Origin: Candidatus Cloacimonadota bacterium
GTDB lineage: Bacteria > Cloacimonadota > Cloacimonadia > JGIOTU-2
Length of the DNA: 36,304 bases
Direction of reading: 5' to 3'
NCBI GenBank assembly: GCA_014382685.1
Contig: JACNJG010000051.1
Span: 1-36,304 of the forward strand
Below the pieces are notes generated by a model. That model was not told where the DNA came from, made no database searches, and saw only the letters and a program-made list of their open reading frames with translations. Positions 31,874-36,304 of the stretch are shown in pieces. Each line of letters starts with the position of its first letter. Within the stretch, counting starts at the first letter, position 1. The translations under genes were made by a program, and so were the position numbers.

Positions 31874-32884
31874 ATGGTTGATTTAGAACCAATACAAATG
31901 CCTACATATATTGATAAGGACGAAAAGACCTATTCAAAAACCTATGGCAAATTCACCATCGGTCCCTTTGAGAAGGGTTTCGGCACTACGGTAGCAAATT
32001 CCTTCCGACGAGTGCTTTTGTCTTCAATTCAGGGTGGTGCAGTACGTTTTGTGAAGGTGCATGGACTCCAGCATCAATATGCTGCGATACCTGGTGCGCG
32101 TGAAGACTATATTGAACTTATTCTTAACCTGAAAAATCTTGTGCTAAAGATTAACAGTACTAAAGAAGAAAAGCTCGAATTATCTGTAAAAGGTCCAGGC
32201 AAAATCACTGCCGGACAGATCACCGTACCCAAAAACGTTGAGATCATAAATAAAGACCTGTATCTCCTTGAACTTGTCGATGATGTTGATTTTCACATGG
32301 AACTATGGGCAAATAACGGTATCGGCTACGTTCGTGAAAATGAGCATGACACATCAGAAATACAGATAGGGATGATCCCCATTGATTCGATTTATTCCTC
32401 GATACGAAAGGTAAATTTCAATATCGGCAGGGAAAGAGTTGATGAGAAGATAGACTATGACAAGATCATTCTTGAGATATGGACTGATGGAAGTATCATG
32501 CCGGAAGATGCACTTAGTCTTGCAGCAAAAATATTAAAAGATTGTTTCCAGGCAATTATTCAATTCAAAGAGGAACCAAAATATATCAAGAGAGAAAAGA
32601 TAGATCCTGAGCTGAGGAATCTTCAAAAACTTATGAAAATGAAGGTCGGTGAACTTGAGCTGAGTGTCCGATGCAGTAACTGTCTTTCAGCATCAAAGAT
32701 CGGATTCGTAAAAGAACTGGTTGCAAAAACAGAAAACCAGCTTCTTCGCCTGCGTAATTTCGGCAAGAAATCTCTTGATGAAGTAAAAACTGTACTTGAT
32801 CGTTACGGATTGAAACTTGGTATGGATATTAAGAAAATTGATGACCAACTTGAAACTCTCAAAAAAATTGAGGAACAAAAATGA
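31874..32884 (+). CDS. rpoA: DNA-directed RNA polymerase subunit alpha
   Basis: NTD GFGTTVANSFRRVLLSSIQGGAV. CTD helix-hairpin-helix ELSVRCSNCLSASKIGFVKELV...LRNFGKKSLDEVK; 336 aa. Confidence 0.98.
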   Translation: MVDLEPIQMPTYIDKDEKTYSKTYGKFTIGPFEKGFGTTVANSFRRVLLSSIQGGAVRFVKVHGLQHQYAAIPGAREDYIELILNLKNLVLKINSTKEEKLELSVKGPGKITAGQITVPKNVEIINKDLYLLELVDDVDFHMELWANNGIGYVRENEHDTSEIQIGMIPIDSIYSSIRKVNFNIGRERVDEKIDYDKIILEIWTDGSIMPEDALSLAAKILKDCFQAIIQFKEEPKYIKREKIDPELRNLQKLMKMKVGELELSVRCSNCLSASKIGFVKELVAKTENQLLRLRNFGKKSLDEVKTVLDRYGLKLGMDIKKIDDQLETLKKIEEQK

Positions 32885-33603
32885 GACATCGCAAAAAAGG
32901 CACAACATCATTTGGCAGACTATTAGGACAGAAAAAAGCTCTTTTGAATAATCTCGTTAAAGCACTTCTGCAAAATGAGAGAATTGAAACTACTCTTACC
33001 CGTGCAAAAGAAACAGGACGTCTTTCAGAAAAACTGATCACATACGGAAAAAAAGGTACTGTTCATGCACGCAGGCAAGCATATAAAATTCTAAAAAATA
33101 GAGATCTGGTAAAAAAACTCTTTGATGAAATAGCCCCAAAGTATAAAAGCAGAAATGGCGGTTATACTCGAGTAATTAAAACCGGTTTCCGTATTGGTGA
33201 CGCAGCTCCCACAGCTATTGTCGAATTTGTAGAAGAAGAAATTACTGACAAGAAGAAAAAGAAATCAAAAACTGATAAACCGAAAACATCAAAGAAACCT
33301 GCTGTAGAGAAGAAAAAGCAAGAGAAACCAAAAGCTAAAGCTGAGAAAAAAGAAGAAGTTAAAGTTGAGATTGAAAAGGAACCGGAAACTGAAGAGGAGC
33401 AGGAAGATCTTGAAGAGAGCAAAGAAGAAGTTGAAGAAGCGCTGAATGAGGGAGTCGTAGAAGAAGTTCCGGCAGAAAAAGAAGTAGAAACAGCCGAAGA
33501 AAAAGCTGAAGAGGAAAAGAAGGAAGAACCTGAACCTGAGAAGGAAACTGAAACTCTGAAAGAAAAAAAACCTGAAGAATCAGTTAAAAAAGAAAAATCT
33601 TAA
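32881..33603 (+). CDS. rplQ: 50S ribosomal protein L17 with a roughly 123-aa charged C-terminal extension
   Basis: Core MRHRKKGTTSFGRLLGQKKALLNNLVKALLQNERIETTLTRAKE...NGGYTRVIKTGFRIGDAAPTAIVEFV (aa 1-117), then a K-rich followed by an E-rich low-complexity tail. ATGA overlap with rpoA. Confidence 0.96.
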   Translation: MRHRKKGTTSFGRLLGQKKALLNNLVKALLQNERIETTLTRAKETGRLSEKLITYGKKGTVHARRQAYKILKNRDLVKKLFDEIAPKYKSRNGGYTRVIKTGFRIGDAAPTAIVEFVEEEITDKKKKKSKTDKPKTSKKPAVEKKKQEKPKAKAEKKEEVKVEIEKEPETEEEQEDLEESKEEVEEALNEGVVEEVPAEKEVETAEEKAEEEKKEEPEPEKETETLKEKKPEESVKKEKS

Positions 33604-33631
33604 TGATTAATTTTATATAAAGTTTCCCCCC

Positions 33632-33708
33632 TTAAAGCGGTAGTAATATCGCTTTAAAGACCTCCTCAGCCTAGGTGGCCTCCCCTCTGCCTGGGCTGTT
33701 TGTTTTGG
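33632..33708 (+). terminator. Tandem hairpins ending the ribosomal array; the second looks like an intrinsic terminator
   Basis: H1: TTAAAGCG (33632-33639) pairs with CGCTTTAA (33650-33657). H2: CAGCCTAGG (33667-33675) pairs with CCTGGGCTG (33690-33698), 9 bp with one G-U pair, followed by TTTGTTTTGG (33699-33708). A locally GC-rich patch in AT-rich DNA. Confidence 0.7.
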
Positions 33709-33745
33709 TGCAAAAAAGTAAAAATATTCATATGTAGGAGTGACA

Positions 33746-33952
33746 ATGCAAGGAAAATGGATATGTCCGAAGTGCAAAAACACAGAATATGAAACCGACC
33801 AGTTCCAGGCAACAGGTGGAACTTTCACAAAATTGTTTAATGTACAGTGCAAAAAATTTACCACCGTCACCTGTACGCGGTGCAAATATACTGAGATATA
33901 TAAAGCTACAACGAGTTCTTTAATTAATATCTTTGATTTCTTCACGAATTAG
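33746..33952 (+). CDS. Small Zn-ribbon protein of unknown function (68 aa)
   Basis: AGGAG at 33736-33740 lies 5 nt before the ATG at 33746 (the track ORF starts at GTG 33740). MQGKWICPKCKNTEYETDQFQATGGTFTKLFNVQCKKFTTVTCTRCKYTEIYK... has CPKC...CTRC. It resembles, from memory, the DUF2082/Zn_ribbon_13-type small proteins. Confidence 0.7.
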   Translation: MQGKWICPKCKNTEYETDQFQATGGTFTKLFNVQCKKFTTVTCTRCKYTEIYKATTSSLINIFDFFTN

Positions 33953-33953
33953 A

Positions 33954-34019
33954 GTTCATCTGCTAAGACATTCAGGCGAATCTATGTACTATTAGAATCA
34001 TAATGGGACGCAGATGAAC
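33954..34019. repeat. Perfect 10-bp inverted repeat GTTCATCTGC / GCAGATGAAC with a 46-nt loop
   Basis: Read directly: 33954-33963 is the reverse complement of 34010-34019. The right half lies inside the left arm of the GxxExxY cassette. Confidence 0.75.
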
Positions 34020-34044
34020 GCTGATGTTACTGATAACCGCTGAT
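34006..34044 (+). repeat. Left inverted arm of the GxxExxY cassette
   Basis: GGACGCAGA-TGAACG-CTGAT-GTTA-CTGAT-AACCG-CTGAT. Matches the reverse complement of 34554-34592 at 27/39 positions with identical motif spacing. Confidence 0.75.
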
Positions 34045-34077
34045 AAAGACTATAAAATAGAAAATATATAGGGCAAG

Positions 34078-34512
34078 ATGAATATGGAATATAAATTTTC
34101 GGATTTAACGAAAAATATCATTCATTGTTTTTACAAAGTTTATAACAAGCTTGGTTATGGATTTCTTGAGAAGGTGTATGAGAATTCATTGAAATTCGAG
34201 CTCGAGTCAAAAAACTATAAAGTTGAATCACAGAAGCCTATCAAGGTGTATTATCGGGAACAACTTGTTGGTGAGTATTTTGCTGATTTAGTTGTTGACG
34301 ACAAGATTATCATTGAATTAAAAGCAAATAAATTCCTTAGTCCCGAAGATGATGCTCAAATTCTAAATTATCTCAAAGCTACAAAATACGAGATAGGTTT
34401 AATCCTGAATTTCGGAATAAAACCAGAAATAAGAAGAAAAATTTACTCACTCCCAGAAAAGCAAAAAAATATTCGAACTCATATAAAGGTTGATTTAACT
34501 GATATACACTGA
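34078..34512 (+). CDS. GxxExxY-family protein (PD-(D/E)XK nuclease-like fold, PDDEXK_3/TIGR04256-type), function unknown
   Basis: GYGFLEKVYENSL contains G-x-x-E-x-x-Y. ADLVVDDKIIIELKA gives the D...ExK motif. NYLKAT and GLILNFG blocks are typical of the family. No clear ribosome-binding site, and the start could be the ATG at 34084. About 20 extra C-terminal residues compared with my recollection of roughly 125-aa family members. Confidence 0.85.
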   Translation: MNMEYKFSDLTKNIIHCFYKVYNKLGYGFLEKVYENSLKFELESKNYKVESQKPIKVYYREQLVGEYFADLVVDDKIIIELKANKFLSPEDDAQILNYLKATKYEIGLILNFGIKPEIRRKIYSLPEKQKNIRTHIKVDLTDIH

Positions 34513-34513
34513 T
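34475..34513 (+). repeat. Degenerate third copy of the arm motif, direct orientation, overlapping the CDS 3' end
   Basis: GAACTCATA-TAAAGG-TTGAT-TTAA-CTGAT-ATACA-CTGAT has the same N6/N4/N5 spacing as the arms. The head matches GGACGCAGA at only 6/9. The ORF stop TGA (34510-34512) lies inside the last CTGAT. Confidence 0.5.
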
Positions 34514-34553
34514 TTACATATAAAATGAAATTGAAAGTTACATTAAAATCTAT

Positions 34554-34592
34554 ATCTGCGATAATCAGCTTAATCTGTGTGGGTCTGCGTCC
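34554..34592 (-). repeat. Right inverted arm of the GxxExxY cassette
   Basis: The reverse complement reads GGACGCAGA-CCCACA-CAGAT-TAAG-CTGAT-TATCG-CAGAT. Lies 17 nt beyond the stop of the convergent Ppx/GppA gene. Confidence 0.75.
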
Positions 34593-34609
34593 TATTAAAA
34601 TCTTGCGAA

Positions 34610-35503
34610 TTAAAAACTCTCAATATCCTGCAAAATTCCGAACTGTAAACCGAGATCACTCACAAAGATCCTATCAATCTTAAGATAAGAAAAAATACAT
34701 TCAAGAAGTATAGTTCCTGACAACAACACATCAGATCGATGGGGATCAAAGGGAATTAATTTTTCTATCTCATCATAGGATAGTATCTGCCAAACTGATT
34801 TGAAATATTCAACATCCTGTAGCGTGAGGATTTGCTTGTGCACTTTGTCCGAATCCCAAACTTTTAATCCCTGTTTTACCGCAACGAGATTCGTCACTGT
34901 ACCGCCCACACCGACAACCTCAAATGAAGAGGGGACATGTTCCTGGATTTCGGACTGTGCTAGTATATCCTGACAAAAAGCATATTTTTCTTTATCAGAT
35001 TCGAAAAGGTTATTCAATCTTCGAACACCCATTTTCAAGCTTGTTGAATAGCTTATATCACCGTATTTAACAACAATAAATTCCGTACTGCCACCGCCAA
35101 TATCAAAAATAATGAGATTTTCATATTCATCAAACTCGTATATGTTTGCAAGATAGATATAGTAGATCTCCTGTTCTTCTGAAAGAATATGATACTTCAG
35201 ATCATAATTGAATCGGAGCCAGTTGGAAAGATGGGAAATGTTTTTCGCTTCTCGGGAAGCAGAAGTACCTGTTATGATAATTTTATTTGAATCGTAACGT
35301 CTGGATGTGAGGATAAAATTCTTAAGAATTGCTTTTGCTTTTTTAATTCCATCATTTGTTAGAAAACCATTCTTCATACCTTTTCCCAGCGAAGAAGTCT
35401 GTGCATCACGATGAAGAACTTTCCATGAATTGTGTGCTTTCTCAGCGATGAGTAACAGAATTGAATTAGTTCCTACATCTATGACAGAACAGATGGTTTT
35501 CAT
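34610..35503 (-). CDS. Ppx/GppA-family phosphatase (short, about 300-aa single-module form)
   Basis: ASKHA-fold motifs: VIDVGTNSILLL (phosphate 1), IFDIGGGSTEF (phosphate 2), VGVGGTVTNL. 297 aa. Starts 7 nt downstream of the ispG stop on the minus strand. Confidence 0.88.
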   Translation of the reverse strand: MKTICSVIDVGTNSILLLIAEKAHNSWKVLHRDAQTSSLGKGMKNGFLTNDGIKKAKAILKNFILTSRRYDSNKIIITGTSASREAKNISHLSNWLRFNYDLKYHILSEEQEIYYIYLANIYEFDEYENLIIFDIGGGSTEFIVVKYGDISYSTSLKMGVRRLNNLFESDKEKYAFCQDILAQSEIQEHVPSSFEVVGVGGTVTNLVAVKQGLKVWDSDKVHKQILTLQDVEYFKSVWQILSYDEIEKLIPFDPHRSDVLLSGTILLECIFSYLKIDRIFVSDLGLQFGILQDIESF

Positions 35504-35510
35504 TGAGGAA

Positions 35511-36304
35511 TTATAATATTGTGTTTATTTCTTTGAGCAATTCAGCTACGATCTGCTCCTCAGGAATTTTTCTGATTATTTTTCCCTTTTTGAAAAGCAC
35601 TGCCAGTCCTTTACCACCTGCAATGCCAACATCTGCTTCCTCTGCTTCACCGGGTCCATTAACTACACAGCCCATAACTGCAATTGAAATATTTTTTTTG
35701 ATCTGCAATTTCTGAACTTCTTTTTCCACTTCCTTTGCAATGCTGATGATATCGATCTCAGTTCTTCCACAGGTTGGGCACACAATTATGTGCGGACCTT
35801 TCCGTAGATCGAGAGCACGAAGAAGTTCCAAACCGACTTTCACTTCTTCAACAGGATCATCAGCCAGCGATACACGTATAGTGTCTCCGATCCCTTCTGC
35901 AAGTAGTGTTCCGATGCCAATTGAAGAACGAATCGTGCCTGAGAAAGCCGTACCGGCTTCTGTAACGCCGAGATGTAATGGGAAGTCACACTTCTCGCTG
36001 ATCTTTCTGTACGCAGATATAGTTAATGGAACTGATGATGCTTTTAATGAGAGTTTAATATTATAAAAATTTTGTGATTCAAAAAAGCGAACATGCCGGA
36101 GAGCACTTTCCACAAGTGCGTCAGCAGTCACGCCATATTTCTTTTTTATATCTTTTTCAAGCGAACCGGCATTAACACCAATACGGATTGGAATATGTGC
36201 CTGCTTTGCTGCATCGATAACCATTCTTACATTTGATGTATCTCCAATATTTCCGGGATTGATACGAATTCCATTAACGCCTTTTTCGATTGCTTTGATC
36301 GCCA
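35511..36304 (-). CDS. ispG: 4-hydroxy-3-methylbut-2-enyl diphosphate synthase IspG (GcpE), 5' end outside the window
   Basis: The frame stays open to the window edge: the reverse complement of 36225-36302 reads AIKAIEKGVNGIRINPGNIGDTSNVR ahead of the track ORF's Met. Motifs RINPGNIG, CPTCGR and GCVVNGPGE (Fe-S Cys ligands). Confidence 0.95.
   Translation of the reverse strand, partial: AIKAIEKGVNGIRINPGNIGDTSNVRMVIDAAKQAHIPIRIGVNAGSLEKDIKKKYGVTADALVESALRHVRFFESQNFYNIKLSLKASSVPLTISAYRKISEKCDFPLHLGVTEAGTAFSGTIRSSIGIGTLLAEGIGDTIRVSLADDPVEEVKVGLELLRALDLRKGPHIIVCPTCGRTEIDIISIAKEVEKEVQKLQIKKNISIAVMGCVVNGPGEAEEADVGIAGGKGLAVLFKKGKIIRKIPEEQIVAELLKEINTIL

Noticed and set aside
33240-33600. GAA/AAA-rich DNA that at first glance resembles a tandem repeat or satellite
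   Set aside because: There is no fixed repeat unit. It is in frame with rplQ and is explained as low-complexity Lys/Glu coding sequence.
33613-33945. 110-aa minus-strand ORF
   Set aside because: Antisense to the Zn-ribbon gene and runs through the terminator hairpins. The sense ORF has the ribosome-binding site and the Cys motifs.
35503-36066. Two plus-strand ORFs (35503-35715 and 35740-36066)
   Set aside because: Antisense to ispG, whose Fe-S and RINPGNIG motifs are unambiguous.
1-36304. Search for CRISPR arrays, transposases, integrases, toxin-antitoxin or defence gene clusters
   Set aside because: None seen. Every sizeable ORF except the two small genes at 33.7-34.5 kb is a recognisable housekeeping gene. 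The window does not support a claim of a multi-gene novel system.

Overview
This AT-rich bacterial window is almost entirely core translation and transcription genes. Bases 2409-33708 hold one co-directional (+) array of 44 CDS and 5 tRNAs. Its order is tRNA-Thr/Tyr/Gly/Thr, tuf, rpmG, tRNA-Trp, secE, nusG, rplKAJL, rpoBC, rpsL-rpsG-fusA, the S10 block (rpsJ to rpsQ), the spc block (rplN to secY), adk, map, infA, rpmJ, rpsM-rpsK-rpsD-rpoA-rplQ. Most gaps are under 30 nt and there are several ATGA/GTGA stop-start overlaps. The array ends in a double-hairpin terminator. Upstream lie a short 3' CDS fragment, rsmD and cysS. Downstream lie a small Zn-ribbon ORF, a GxxExxY-family (PD-(D/E)XK fold) ORF, and a convergent minus-strand pair, ispG (truncated by the window edge) followed by a Ppx/GppA phosphatase. 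Two real genes missing from the ORF track were found by eye: rpmG (3971-4120) and rpmJ (30309-30425). Non-ATG starts are rsmD, rpsL, secY and adk (GTG) and rpsC and rpsM (TTG). I see no CRISPR array, transposase, integrase or recognisable defence gene. The only accessory-looking DNA is 33.7-34.6 kb. There the GxxExxY gene is bracketed by 39-nt inverted arms that carry phased CWGAT pentamers, with further partial copies nearby. That is my best candidate for something poorly described, but it is a small cassette, not a multi-gene system. The gene order (tuf beside the tRNAs and secE, fusA running straight into rpsJ) is the arrangement I recall from Bacteroidota/FCB-group lineages, and an SI3-like insertion in the RpoC trigger loop argues against a Firmicutes-type enzyme. 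The strong AGGAG-type ribosome-binding sites do not look like classical Bacteroidota, and taxonomy cannot be settled from this window.
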